DNA of 41,530 nucleotides from contig NC_057719.1 in NCBI RefSeq assembly GCF_004010195.1, positions 89,203,484 to 89,245,013 of the forward strand, written 5' to 3'. Source of the DNA: Chiloscyllium plagiosum. Its lineage: Eukaryota. Shown here piece by piece: positions 13,654 through 25,909 of the stretch. The notes beneath the pieces were generated by a model, which searched no databases, had not been told where the DNA came from, and saw only the letters and a program-made list of their open reading frames with translations. The position numbers and the translations under genes are program-made. Positions within the stretch are counted from its first letter, which is position 1; the number at the start of each line of letters is the position of its first letter.

Positions 13654-13789
13654 CAAAAGTGAGGACTGCAGATGCTAAAGATCAGAGTCTAGATCAGAGT
13701 GGTGCTGGAAAAGCAGAGCAGGTCAGGCAGCATCCGAGGAGCAGGAAAATCAACATTTCGGCCAAAAGCCCTTCATCAGGAATGACGAG
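13654..13789 (-). mobile_element. Solo PLE pseudo-LTR insertion with degenerate hammerhead
   Basis: 13-bp TSD atttttgagttgg (13641-13653, 13790-13802); empty site present in the paralogous arm at ~24192-24204. Confidence 0.85.
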
Positions 13790-13869
13790 ATTTTTGAGTT
13801 GGTCCATGGTGGGTAATTTCTCCCCTATCTTTTGCCCTATCGTATCCATTTTCTCTGTAAATTTATCAC

Positions 13870-14400
13870 CAATTTCCCACAATTCAATTCTAGTCTATAA
13901 CTCACTCCTGGGATTCTGGTATTCTATGTATAAACTACCCTGACCACCTTGAATAATTCCAGTGTATAAGTCATTTTGGGGCATCTGGTATTCTATGACT
14001 AAACCACCATGACCACCTCGATTAATTCTAGTCTGTAACTCACTCTGGAATATTAATTATTCTATATCTGATGTACCCCAATCCCGTCGAATAGATGCCA
14101 GTCTGTTACTCACTCCTGATTATCTGTTATTGTAGAAATAAACACCTTAATCTCCTCGATAACTCCCAGTCTGTAACTGACTTTCATTTATCTGTTATTC
14201 TATATATAAACCACCCCGAAACCTTCAATTATTATTCAGTCTGTATCTCACTCCTGAATATCTGTGATTTTATTTATAAACACCACAAACTCCTCAATTA
14301 GATTCTACTTTATACCTCACTCCCCAGTATCGATTGTGAACCACACCGTACCCCTCGACTGTAATCCTATCATTAACTTAATCTGTAACAGTGCCTGTTA
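13870..14400 (-). repeat. Degenerate ~70-bp satellite (reverse)
   Basis: ccagtctgtaactcactc-like units. Confidence 0.8.
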
Positions 14401-14508
14401 CTCTATCAAGATTCTGTGTTTGGGAGCAGGACATGGCAAATGGGATTAGGATGTTCAGAAACAGCAATCTAATAGGGAATCAGAACAGAACAGATAGAAT
14501 CAACACCA

Positions 14509-14514
<6 letters not shown>

Positions 14515-14567
<53 letters not shown>
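14515..14567 (+). repeat. (TG)n microsatellite
   Basis: Pure TG run of about 26 units. Confidence 0.98.
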
Positions 14568-14568
<1 letters not shown>

Positions 14569-14609
14569 ATCTCTCATCAGATTGTATCTGCCTCATGCAA
14601 CGCTTTACC

Positions 14610-14818
14610 TGTCCATGTCGTGGTTGATTGGGACAGTGCAGAGGCAGACTTACTCTGTGTAAAACCCAATGCTTTATCTGTCTGGGGAGTGGTTGGTAGG
14701 GATAGTGTCGAGGGAGATTTACGGTGTATCTAACCCCGTGCTGTCCTTAGCCTGGGAGTGGTTTTTGAGGATAAAGTTAATGCACCTTTACCATGCAACT
14801 AACCCCTTATTGTACCTG
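14610..14818 (+). repeat. Second degenerate tandem repeat (~68-bp unit); related copies at ~15075-15130, ~16060-16260 and inverted at ~23160-23340
   Basis: gggacagtg..gagggagc/atttactctgtatctaacccc-like unit at ~14630 and ~14699. Confidence 0.6.
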
Positions 14819-15069
14819 GGGGTTGCAGTGAGAGAGAGACTCACTGAGATCCTTGTAGAGAGAGGAGGAGAACTTCTTCAAGGCAGGTATCCTTGGAAGA
14901 GAATTCGCAGTAAGGTTAAATCAACTAGGTGGAAGTGGGTTCCTGATGAGGGGCTTTTGCTGGAAACATCGATTTTCCTGCTCCTCGGATGCTGCCTGAC
15001 CTGCTGTGCTTTTCCAGCACCACTCTAAATCTTGACTCTAATCGCCAGCATCTGTAGTACCCACTTCCG
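14819..15069. mobile_element. Short PLE insertion with an inverted 5' segment and degenerate hammerhead
   Basis: 16-bp TSD ccccttattgtacctg (14803-14818, 15070-15085); internal inverted ggaagtgggt/acccacttcc; ctgatga...gaaacatc from 14943. Confidence 0.8.
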
Positions 15070-15139
15070 CCCCTTATTGTACCTGTCCTGAGAGTGTTTG
15101 ATGGGGATAGTATGGAAGGATATTTACTTTGGAACATAG

Positions 15140-15930
15140 AAACAGGAGTAAGTTATTCAGCCCTTCAAGCCTGTTCCATCACTCAGTGGGAACATGGCTG
15201 ATCTGTAGTCTCACCCCACATTCCTTCCTTTGACCCATATCCCTCAATACCTTCACTTAGCAAAAATGCATCTCTGTCAGATTTAAACTGAACAATTGAT
15301 ATAGCATCCACTGCTGTTTGTGGAAGAGAATTCCAAACCCTTTGTGTGACAAGTGCTTCCTAACATCTCTCATGAATGCAGTGCCCCGAATTCTCAGACT
15401 CTACCCTGCTCATTCCACAATCTTCAACAGTGGGAATTATTGAACTTGATCTGTCTCGTCCTGTTAATATCTTGAAGACTTTAAACAGATCGGTGGCATG
15501 GTGGCACAGTTAGGTGGCATGGTGGCACAGTGGTCAGCACTGCTGCCTCACAGCGCCAGAGACCAGGGTTCAATTCCCGCCTCAGGCGACTGACTGTGTG
15601 GAGTTTGCACGTTCTCCCCGCGTCTGTGTGGGTTTCCTCCGGGTGCTCCGGTTTCCTCCCACAGTCCAAAGAGTACAGGTTAGGTGAATTGGCTATGCTA
15701 AATTGCCTGTAGAGTTAGTTGAAGGGGTAAATGTATGGGTGGGTGGTGAGTTGGTGTGGACTTGTTGGGCCAAAGGGCCTGTTTCCACACTGTAAGTAAT
15801 CTAATCTAGATCATCCGTTAAACTTCCCAATTCTAGAGGAAACAGGCCTCATTTGTAGAATCTCTCCTCAGATTGTAACACCTAAAGTCCATGATCATTC
15901 TTGCAAATCTCCTTTGTACTCCCTCTTTGT
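15140..15930 (-). mobile_element. Old CR1-like 3' fragment interrupted by a SINE
   Basis: Inverted paralogue of 19040-19510, which has LFPLELG..RGDLIEVFKI-like sequence. Confidence 0.65.
15490..15808 (+). mobile_element. HE1-like tRNA-derived (V-domain) SINE with duplicated 5' end
   Basis: ggtggcacagtggtcagcactgctgcctcacagcgcc (A box), ggttcaattccc (B box), gagtttgcacgttctcccc, taatctaatc tail. Confidence 0.9.
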
Positions 15931-17617
15931 ACTCTAACCCGACAACCACACACTTGCTTGCATTTAGGTCCATCTGACACAGTTTTGCACATTCACCCAG
16001 ACTATCAATATCCCTTTGTAATGTAAGTGTCTACCAAGCACTTTCTACAATGCTGCCTCAATTTGTACCTTTCCTGGGAGTTTCCATGGGGACAGTGTGG
16101 AGGGACCTTTACTCTGTTTCTAACCTCAGAAGATTTCAATGGGCAAGATTTCAAGGGCGATACCTTAATGGGAGCTTTTTGTTGTATGGAACTTTGTGCT
16201 ACCTTTCCCATGGGTGTGTTTGCTGGGGACACGGTTTAACCACAGTGATATGGATCCTATGAAAATTGATGGAAGACGGTGTAAATGGAATTGTCAGCAT
16301 TCAATTCCTTCATGTGGATGAGAGAATGTTTCAAATTACAATTATGAGAAAAAATGATGTCCATGGGACTAAAGGGCAGAGGCAAAATGGTACAACAATG
16401 GCTCAGAATCAGAACCCAGGGTAGAGGTTGATGAGGGTTTCAGATTGGAGGGAGCTACAGGGCCAGACATGTTTGGAATGGCGTCCAGCAAAAGGCAATT
16501 GATCCCTTGATGCACAGCAAGATCCCAGTTCCAGAATCACTGAAGGCCCACGGTCTAGGAAGAGAATATTCGGCCCATTGGGTGTAGCCCTTCATGAAAT
16601 GATCCAAGTCCTGCCTGTCCTCTTCAGGAGTTGCCCCTGAACACCCTCATTAAATCCAATTCCTGTGGAGGCCACTCCTCCCTGACAGAGCAGCGACTCG
16701 CTGGTCTTTTGACTGACCAAAGGAATGCACAGCAAGGTCACACTCTCTAGCCATTCCCTATCGTCCACCCATCAACGTGAAAGGGGGCTTTATCTGACAT
16801 CCCCTTCCAGTTTGCCCCTTCCTATATATTCCCCCAATTATATGACCGACCCATGTTTTGCCCCCAAAATTGTGTTCATTCCCAATTTTGCTGTCCCCAC
16901 CAAATGCCCTTGCGACCCCCTGTCTAAATGCTACCTCCTCCACAAACTACCCCCGAATAGACTTCTCCCACCAAATTTACCCCTTCCCAGATTTTATGCC
17001 CCCATCTTGCAGTGCACACTGTTTTGCATCTCACAATTTTCCTCCCCACCCAAATTCTACACCAATCACAATTTGGCCCCTCTCCTTGGTTTTGCCTCTC
17101 CCAATTGTGGTGCCCAGAGCTTTGGGGAGGCAGGGGGCCAAACGTGGGGTTGGGACATAATTGCCTTCATTTTGTTGCTTTGCATTTTTCAGCCCTCCCT
17201 AGGTTTTGCAGCTGCCCCAATTCTGCAACTTTCCCTCCTCATTTTTCAGCCCCTACATTTATGCCCCCCCTTAGATTTTTATGCTCCCTCGACTACTGAC
17301 CCCTGACTATCTTTGCTGCTCTTTCTAAATGTTGTGATTCTCTTAAATATTTAATTGCCCCTCTCCCAAAACTGCACCCCTTCTATTGTTCCTCCATGAC
17401 CCTCTCCCTCTGGATATAAAAAGTACCCCTCTGTGTCTCCATCATGCACAATACCCCTTACTTCACTGAGTCCCAGCCCCAGACACAGCGAGAGAGAGAG
17501 CCAAGAACAGGCAAAGATCCAGGGTGAGAAACAGAAGGACAGGGGTCAGGAGAAAGAAATCTGCTGAGTGAGACAGCAACAAAGGTGAGGCAGGATGGGA
17601 AACCAGGAAAGAGTTTT

Positions 17618-17920
17618 AGGATCCCTACAGTGTGGAAACAGGCCCTTCGGCCCAACACATCCACACAGACCCTCCAAACAGCAACCCACCCAGATCCGTT
17701 TTCCCATTCCACCATCCTATATTTGCCCCTGACGAATGCATCTAACCTACACATCCCTGAACATTATGGACAATTCACCTAACCTGCACATCTTTGGACT
17801 GTGAGAGGAAACCAGAATACCTGGAGGAAACCCATACAGACACACGGACAGTCGCCTGAGACAGAAATTGAACCCAGGTCCCTGCGCTGTGAGGCAGCAG
17901 TGCTAACCACTGAGCCACCG
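17618..17920 (-). mobile_element. HE1-like SINE
   Basis: Reverse complement of the SINE head (gcgctgtgaggcagcagtgctaaccactgagccacc) and tail. Confidence 0.88.
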
Positions 17921-18089
17921 AAGAGAGAGACAGAAACTCTCAGGCAGAGAAAACAAAGGATTGAGAAAGATCCCAAAGGGGGAGAGAAAGGACAGGCAAG
18001 AGAGAGTTACAGAGAGAAAAACCCAGGGAGAGAGCCAGAAAGAGATAGAAAGGACGGAGACAGCGAAAGAGAACTGAGCTGGGAGAATT

Positions 18090-19008
18090 GGCCTCTCCCC
18101 TTTCACTGTGCAAGTAATTTTTTTAAACTTGAAAGCCTTTTTTCTGCGGCAGTATCTGTTAGCTATAATCAAATTGGACCTCAAACCCTTCAGCTTCAAA
18201 TTTTCACAGTCTGTGTCTTTTATGACCTTTCAGAAAAAAATATCAAGGACAACATAACCTTGTTAAAGGAGCAGCTTTGTTACACCTCCCCTTTTAAAAA
18301 AAATCATTACTATCCAAAAATGGCTTCACTTTAAAACCCCTTAATCTGAAAATGCTCGTACTCTACAACACACATATACATTCGGGCATAAGCCCTTCCT
18401 GAAGAAGGGCTTATGCCCGAAACGTCGATTCTCCTGTTCCCTGGATGCTGCCTGACCTGCTGCGCTTTTCCAGCAACACATTTTCAGCAACACACATATA
18501 CATCACATTGACTAGAAACATACAAACATGCACAACTACATTCTGTTCAGTCTGTTTTACTCCTGCCCCGTAATGCCTTCATTTCTCAATCAAGCCTCAA
18601 CAATGCATCGGCAATCACGTTTTCTCATTCTGCCGCATGCACAATTTTCAAATTGAATGGCTGTAACGACAAGCTCCATCTAAACAGTCCGGCATTTTTG
18701 TCCTTAAATTTCTCCACAAACGTCAATGGGTTATGGTCAGTGTGTTTGATTGTCTCAGATACGTTATTGGTAGCATAAACATTGAAATGTTGTAACGCCA
18801 ACACCAAGCTCAAAGTCTCCTTCTCAACTGTCGAGTATTTCTGCTGGTGATTGTTCAATTTCCTGGATAAATACCCGATAGGTCTTTCTATCTTCTCGTC
18901 GTCTTCCTGCAAGAGCACAGCACTGACAGCACATCACTTCCATTGATAGCCACCTTGAATGGCTTTGTGTATATAGGTGTGGCTAATACAGGGGCAATGC
19001 TTAACACA
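18090..19008 (-). mobile_element. Ty3/Gypsy LTR retrotransposon 3' remnant: RNase H, PPT and start of the 3' LTR (far LTR boundary uncertain)
   Basis: AVLLQE..PIGYLSRKL..YSTVEKE..TDHNPL..RWSL..NVIADALLR (18586-19008); minus strand aaaaggggagg (18285-18295) directly followed by TGTAACA from 18284. Confidence 0.85.
18382..18487 (+). mobile_element. 106-bp PLE-derived hammerhead cassette with foldback 5' end
   Basis: 16-bp TSD caacacacatatacat (18366-18381, 18488-18503); CTGAAGA-agggcttatgccc-GAAACGTC; preceded by its own inverted copy ttcgggcataagcccttc. Confidence 0.85.
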
Positions 19009-19561
19009 TTACAGGTATTTGTTTATCAGCTTGGAGTCCAAAGAGGGAGTACTAGGGAAGTTTGCTAGAATGATCATCAACTTTAGGGTTTACATTCTAA
19101 GAAGAATTTATACAGATGAGGCCTGTTTCCTCTAGAATTGGGAATGTAAAGGGGTGATCTGATCGAAGTCTTTAAGATATTAACAGGACAAGACAGGGTA
19201 AATCAAGATCAACGATTCCCACTGTTTGGAGATTCTAGAACGAGGGAGCAGTCTCTGCGAATTATGGCCAGAGCGGTCAGGAGAGATGTTAAGAAGCAAT
19301 TGGACACAGAAAGATCCGGAGAGGTTAAGAACATTCTTCCACAAACAGCAGTGGTGCTGAATCAGTTGTTCAGTTTTAATCTGAGAGAGAAGAATTTTTA
19401 TTAAATGAAGGTATTGACGGATATGGGCCAAAGAAAGGAATGTAGGATTAGGCTACAGCCATGATCCCAGTGAATGATGGAACAGCTGGAGGGGGCTGAA
19501 TAGCATACTCGTGTTCCAAAATAAATATTCTGCTTCATTGACCCCATTAAATACTCTTAGT

Positions 19562-22500
19562 GCTCCTGTGGCCGTTCCCCTCAATAACAAGAATACGGTT
19601 TTGGATACTGTTGGGGTGTACGACTTGCCAGGGGTAAACCATGGGGTTGACGTCTCTTGCACAGAGTCTGTCCCTGTTGCTGAGAAGGGACGGAGAGGTG
19701 AGGAGCTGAGCAGTTGTCATTGGGATCTCCATAGTTAGGGGGACAGATAGGAAGTTCTATCGGAACAGAAAGACTCATGGTTGGTGTGTTGCCTCCCAGG
19801 TGTCAGGGTTCCTGGTGTCTCGGATCGTGTTTTCGGGATCCTTGAAGGGGAAGGGGAACAGCCTCAGGTCATGGTCCACATAAGCACCAATGATATAGGT
19901 AGGAAAAACGGATGGGGATTTAATGCAGAAATTCAGGGAACTAGGGTGGAAGCTTGGAGCTCGAATAAACAGAGTTGTTATCTCTGATTTGTTGACTGTG
20001 CCACGTGCTAGCTCAAGGTGAGGAATAGGGAGAGAGAATAGTTGAACATGTGGCTACAGGGACGGTGCAGGAGGGAGGGTTTTAGATCCCTGGATAATTG
20101 GGGCTCATTCTGAGGTAATTGGGACTTATACAAACAGGATGGTCTACACCTGAACCAGAGGGATACAGATAACCTGTGGGAGAAATTTGCCAATGCTCTT
20201 TGGGAGGGTTTAAACTAACTCAGCAGGGGGATGGAAACCTAAATTGCAGTGTCCAGGAGGTTGAGAGTAGTGTGGTCAGAAATAAGGGTTCAAGGTTGCA
20301 AGAGTGTACCAGCAAACAGGAAGGTGGTTTAAAATGTGTCTACTTCAATGCCAGGGGCATCCAGAATAAGGTGGGTGAACTTGCAGCATGGGTTGGTACC
20401 TGGGACTTCGATGTTGTGGCCATTTTGGAGACATGGATAGAGCAGGGACAGGAGCAGTTGATGCAGGTTCTGAGATTTAGATGTTTCAGTAAGAACAGAG
20501 AAGATGGTAAAAGAGAGGGAGGTGTGGCATTGTTCATCAAGGACATTATTAAGGGCAGGTGTGGCATTGTTCATCAAGGACATTATTAAGGGCAGGTGTG
20601 GCATTGTTCATCAAGGGCAGAAAGGACGTTTGAGGACTCGACTACTGAGGTAGTATGGGCTGAGGTTAGAAACAGGAAAGGAGAGGTCACCCTGTTGGGA
20701 GTTTTCTATAGGTCTCTGAATAGTTCCAGAGATATAGAGGAAAGGAAAGCAAAGATAATTCTGGAAAGGAATGAGAGTAACAGAGTTGTTGTTATGAGGT
20801 CTTTAACTTTCCAATTATTGACTGGGGTACTTCAGGTGGGTCAGTTTTTGTCCAATGTTTCCTGACACAGTACGTAGACAGGCCAACAAGGGGCGAGGCC
20901 TGGTACTGGGTAATGTACCCAGCCAAGTGTTAGATTTGAGGTAGGTGAGCACTTTGGTGATAGTAACCACAATTCGGTTATGTTTACTTTAGCGATGGAA
21001 AGGGATAGGTATATACCGCATGGCAAGAGTTAAAGCTGGGGGAAAGGCAATTATGATGCAATTAGGCAACATTTAAGATGCATAGGATGGGGAAGGAAAC
21101 TGCAGAGGATGGGCACAATTGAAATGTGGAGCGTATTCAAGGAACAGCTACTGCGTGTCCTTGATAGATATGTACCTGTCAGGCAGGGAGGAGGTGGTCG
21201 AGTGAGGGAGCCGGGTTTACTAAAGAAGTGGAATCTCTTGTCAAGAGAAAGAAGGCTTATGTTAGGATAATTCATGAAGGATCAGTTACGGCGCTTGAGA
21301 GTTACAAGTTAGCCAGGAAAGACCTAAAGAGAGAGCTAAGAAGAACCAGGAGGGGACACGACAAGATCAAGGAAAATCGAAACGCTTTCCTTTGGTATAT
21401 CAGGAATAAAAGAATGAATAGAGTAAGATTAGGGCCAATCATGGATAGTAGTGAGAAGTAGTGTGTGGAGTCCGAGGAGATAGGGGAAGCGCTAAGTGAA
21501 TATTTTTTATCAGTGTTCACACTGGAAAAAGCCAATTTTGTCAAGAAGAATACTGAGATGCAGTTTAATAGATTAGACGGGATTGAAGTTTACAAGGAGG
21601 CAGTGTTGGCAATTCTGGAAAGTGTGAAAATAGATAAGTCCTCTGGTCTGGATGGAATTTATCCTCAGATTCTCTGGGAAGCCAGGGAGGAGATTGCCTA
21701 GTCTTTGGTTTTGATCTTTATGTCATCATTATCTACAAGAATAGTGCCAAAAGACTGGAGGATAGCAAATGTTGTCCCCTTGTTCAAGAAGGGAAGTAGA
21801 GACAACCCTGGTAATTGTAGACCAGTGAGAGCCTGTCTTCAGTTGTGGGTAAAATGTTGGAAAAGGTTATAAGAGATAGGATTTATAATCATCTCAAAAG
21901 GAATGAGTTGATTAGGGATAGTCAGCACGGTTTTGTGAAGGGTAGGTCATGCCTCATAAACTTTATTGAGTTCTTTGAGAAGGTGACCAAACAGGTAGTT
22001 GAGGGTAAAGAGGTTGATATAGTGTATATGGATTTCAGTAAGGTGTTTGATAAGTTTCCCCACGGTAAGCTATTGCACAAAATACAGAAGCATGGGATTG
22101 AGGGTGATTTAACAGTTTGGATCAGAAATTGTCTAGCTGAGAGAAGACAGAGAGTGATGGTGATGACAAATGTTCATTCTGGAGTTTAGTTCCTATTGTA
22201 GTACTGCAAGGATCTGTTTGGGGCCACTGCTGCAGTTTGTCATTTTTATAAATGACCTGGATAAGGGCATAGAAGGATGGGTTAGTAAATTTGCAGATGG
22301 CACTAAGGTCACTGGAGTTGTGGATAGTGCCGAAGGATGCTGTAGCTTGCAGAGCTGGGCTGAGAGGTGGCAGATAGAGCTTAATGCAGAAAAGTATGAG
22401 GTGATTCACTTTGGAAGGAGCAACAGGAATAAAGAATACTGGACTAATGGTAAGATTCTTGATAGTGTAGTTGAGCAGAGAGATCTTGGTGTCCATGTAC

Positions 22501-23150
22501 ATAGATTCCTGAGAGCTGCCACCCAGGTTGATAGGATTGTTAAGAAGGTGTACAGTGTGTTAGCTTTTATTGGACAAGGGATTGAGTTTTGAAGCCATGA
22601 AGTCATGCTGCATTTATATAAAACTGGTCCAGCTGCACTTGGAGTATTGCGTACAGTTCTGGAAGGATATGGAAGCTTTGGAAAGAGTTCAGAGGAGATT
22701 TGCTAGGACGTTGCCTGGTATGGAAGGAAGGTCTTATGAGGAAAGGTTGAGGGACTTGAGGTTGTTTTCGTTAAAGAGAAGAAGGTTGAGAGTTGACTTA
22801 ATTGAGACATATAAGATCATCAGAGGGTTAGATAGGGTGGACTGTGAGAACCTTTTTCCTCAGATGGTGATGACTAGCACGAGGGGACATAGCTTTAATT
22901 TAAGGGGTGACAGATATAGGACAGATGTCAGAGGTAGTTTCGTTACTCAGAGAGTAGTAGGGGCATGAAACACACTGCCTGCAACAGTAGTAGACTCGCC
23001 AACTTTAAGGGCATTTAAATAGTCATTGGATAAACATATGGATGAAAATGGAATCACGTCAGTTAGATGGGCTTCAGATTGGTTCCACAGGTCAGCACAA
23101 CATCGAAAGCCAAAGGGCCTGTTCTGCATTGTAATATTCTATGGTCTATG
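19562..23150 (+). mobile_element. Near full-length degenerate CR1 LINE (ORF1 SGNH esterase; ORF2 APE and RT)
   Basis: ORF1 VCCLPGVRV..VHISTND; APE YFNARGIQNK..VAILETW; RT SQHGFVKGRSCL, YMDFSKVFD, FADGTK; TSD ttagt at 19557-19561 and 23151-23155; many stops and frameshifts. Confidence 0.93.
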
Positions 23151-23544
23151 TTAGTACACTTAGAATAAGGGGTTAGGTACATGGTAAAGGTGCATTTACT
23201 GTATTCCCACCAAGCACTCGCAGGACAGTGACAGCACAGGGTTGATACAGAGGAAATCTCCCTCTCCATTATCCCCATCAACCACTCCCTGGACAGTTAA
23301 AGCATTGGTTTTGATACAGAGTAAAGCTTCCTTAATAATACCATAATCAAAAATTTTCAAGTGATTTATGCACTCTTGACTCTCTCTCTCTACGCACACA
23401 CATACACACAAACACACACACACAACACACACACCATCTTCATTCTGAGATAGAGTAACAGGTACTGTTCCAGATTGTGTTACTAATAGGAGTATTGTCG
23501 CGGGGTACAGTTTGGTTCATACATTCATTAACCGATACTGAGGT

Positions 23545-23870
23545 ACACCGTGTGAGGTACACTCTGGATTCTCATTGAGGAGTTTGGAGTGTTTATAAAT
23601 ACAGACTGAAATCTAATTGAAGGGCTCAGGATTGATTATATATGGAGCAACAGACAAACGGAAGTCAGTTACAGACTGGAATTCTATCATGGGGATCGAG
23701 GTTTTTATTTACGGAATAACATGCTCCGGTACTGAGTTACAGACTAGCATCTGATTAAAGGGACTGGGGTACTTAATGTATAGAATAATTGATATTCCAG
23801 AGTGAGTTATTGGTGGTCACGGTGGTTTATTGACAGAATACCAGATCCCCCAGAATTATTCAAGGTGGTC
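23545..23870 (+). repeat. Degenerate ~70-bp satellite (forward)
   Basis: gttacagactggaattctatc-like units; mirror of 13870-14400. Confidence 0.75.
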
Positions 23871-24125
23871 ACTGCAACCTATTCTAAAAAAATTGGAAGT
23901 TTTAATAGCAAGCTAGGTTTGTTCAATATACTGTATCAGTTGCATGCATGACATTGTGATTTTTTGCAATAAATTCTGTGTTTTATAATCCTGCTCCACA
24001 GTTACCTGATGAAAGAGCAACACTCCAAAAGCTAGTACTTCCAAATAAACCTATTGGACTATAACCTGGTGATATGTGATATTTAACTTCGTCCACCCTA
24101 GTCCAATATCGGTACCTTCACATCA
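23870..24125 (+). mobile_element. PLE family B 3' tail with degenerate hammerhead
   Basis: Similar to 9860-10160 (ctgatgaaagagcaacactccaaaagctagt; ggactataacctggtg). Confidence 0.75.
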
Positions 24126-24539
24126 TGATTTATGTACAGAACAATTGGATTCAAGGGGGGAGCAAACAGGGAAGAAAGTACCCACCATGGACCAACTCAA
24201 AAATGAGCCTTGCCACACAGGATTTAAATGTTGTGCATGGAGATTTACATTCGTTCTGAATGACGGGAAAGAAATACTCACACAGTGAGCAAGTCAGGAA
24301 AGGACAGAAGGTTATTTGGAGTTACAAATGTCACCAGTTCAAGACGGCCTTAGACTTAAGCAGTGACTCAGCAGAGATAGCTTGCAAAGTAAAACGGTAA
24401 GAGGACAAATCACATGAAATTAACCTGCTCCTTCAGTCAACGCTTAGGTGGGCCAAGATTTTACCAGATATTGATGTGGGATAGTGAGGAAAAGCTTTCA
24501 GATTATTGTAAGTATGCACTGATTCCAGGCCTTCCCACT

Positions 24540-25030
24540 TCTTTCATCTGTACCTAAGCATATCGTCTACCTCCTCTGAATACCTCTTCCCTTCCTGTAT
24601 ACCTTTGCACATTTAGATGGGGTGGATGGAGACTGCTGTCAGGATGGTGGAGGTGAACTCTAAAATGTAGTAGCAGGAACATAATTTTAGGTATTCTAGG
24701 TTCAGGGGAGCAATGCATGAGCCAATTCTCCGTGAAGCAGAGAACACAACAGTTAGCTCTGTAGCTAAGTCTGGATCTGAATTTATCCATTTTGTTTTCA
24801 ATAGCCTGGACATTTGCTAGGGGTATAGTGGGGAAAGGGGGTCTTGAAACTGTGTTGTTTCAACCTCACTTTTAGACAAGCACATTGTCCCTGTTTCTTT
24901 GTAGATTTCCTGCATCTGGATGGTCCTGGGGTTGGTCATGAGAATCTGCTGCTGAGGAAGATAAGTGAGCTGGTTCTGGTCAGGCTGAGCCTCTCCAGCA
25001 GATGGAGGTTGTGAGTTTGTGTATCAGGCC
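24540..25030 (-). mobile_element. Rex1/Babar-type LINE APE fragment
   Basis: LANVQAIENKMDKFRSRL..CVLCFTENWL; homologous to 33440-34110. Confidence 0.65.
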
Positions 25031-25482
25031 TGGGCTGATCTGGTGTCCTCAGGGGCCAGTCATGGTGGCAGGAGTTCCAGGTGCTAATGGAGTGAGCCTT
25101 CTCTTCTTGCAGGTAAGTGAATGGGCATCATCGGGCCAGGCCTCAGTGGGATCTGGTAGCTGGGGGATCAGGGACCAGCCCTAAGGGTGAGTTAGTGACC
25201 GGATACCAGCTTCATGGAGCTATTTCACGTGCTCTAAAGAATTTAAAGTCTTGGCCTTGAGGCCAGGGTCCATGTCAGAATTCTATCCAATTTCTCTTAT
25301 ACTTCTTCATAACTAAAACCTGATCATTTGTATCATTCAGAATCTGGGCTGGACTTCACAGCCTCACATTGACATATTTGAGGCATGGGATGACTCAGAA
25401 AATAATATGGGTGAAACATATCTCCCATATTACAGTGAGTGGGGAAGCTGTCAGACAGCTTGCCTGCCTAGGGCAGCACGGT

Positions 25483-25790
25483 GGGCGGCACGGTGGCACA
25501 GTGGTTAGCACTGCTGCCTCACAGCGCCAGAGACCCGGGTTCAATTCCCGCCTCAGGTGACTGACTGTGTGGAGTTTGCACATTCTCCCCGTGTCTGCGT
25601 GGGTTTCCTCCGGGTGCTCCGGTTTCCTCCCACAGTCCAAAAATGTGCAGGTCAGGTGAATTGGCCATGCTAAATTGCCCGTAGTGTTAGGTGCAGGGGT
25701 AAATGTAGGGGAATGGGTCTGGGCGGGTTACGCTTCGGCAGGTCGGTGTGGAAGGGCCTGTTTCCACACTGTAAGTAATCTAATCTAATT
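25483..25790 (+). mobile_element. HE1-like SINE
   Basis: gggcggcacggtggcacagtggttagcactgc head; taatctaatctaat tail. Confidence 0.92.
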
Positions 25791-25909
25791 AGCCTATAGA
25801 CTTACTGAAGTCAATTAGTGGTCACTATAGGGCCTTAATTCTGTACCTGTCACTAATATCTATGGGGCAGGGAAGATGAAGACAAGGCAAGGAGCCCAAT
25901 AACTTTCAT

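Larger units (their letters stand above)
13330..15930. repeat. Left arm of an old inverted segmental duplication (partner 19040-24493)
   Basis: aatcctgtgtggctaggctcatttttgagttgg/tccatggtggg pairs with 24181-24225; gcacctttaccatgcaactaaccccttatt pairs with ~23165-23192; CR1 piece 15140-15930 pairs with 19040-19510. Confidence 0.85.
19040..24493. repeat. Right arm of the inverted duplication, interrupted by a CR1 (19562-23150) and a PLE piece (~23870-24125)
   Basis: Colinear reverse-complement similarity to 13330-15930. Confidence 0.85.

Noticed and set aside
16725..17306. 193-aa Pro/Leu/Phe-rich ORF
   Set aside because: Low-complexity C/T-rich DNA depleted of stops; no recognisable domain
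20520..20614. 37-bp tandem triplication inside the CR1 APE region
   Set aside because: Local slippage or assembly artefact in a dead element
25483..25560. tRNA-like A/B boxes
   Set aside because: SINE heads, not tRNA genes
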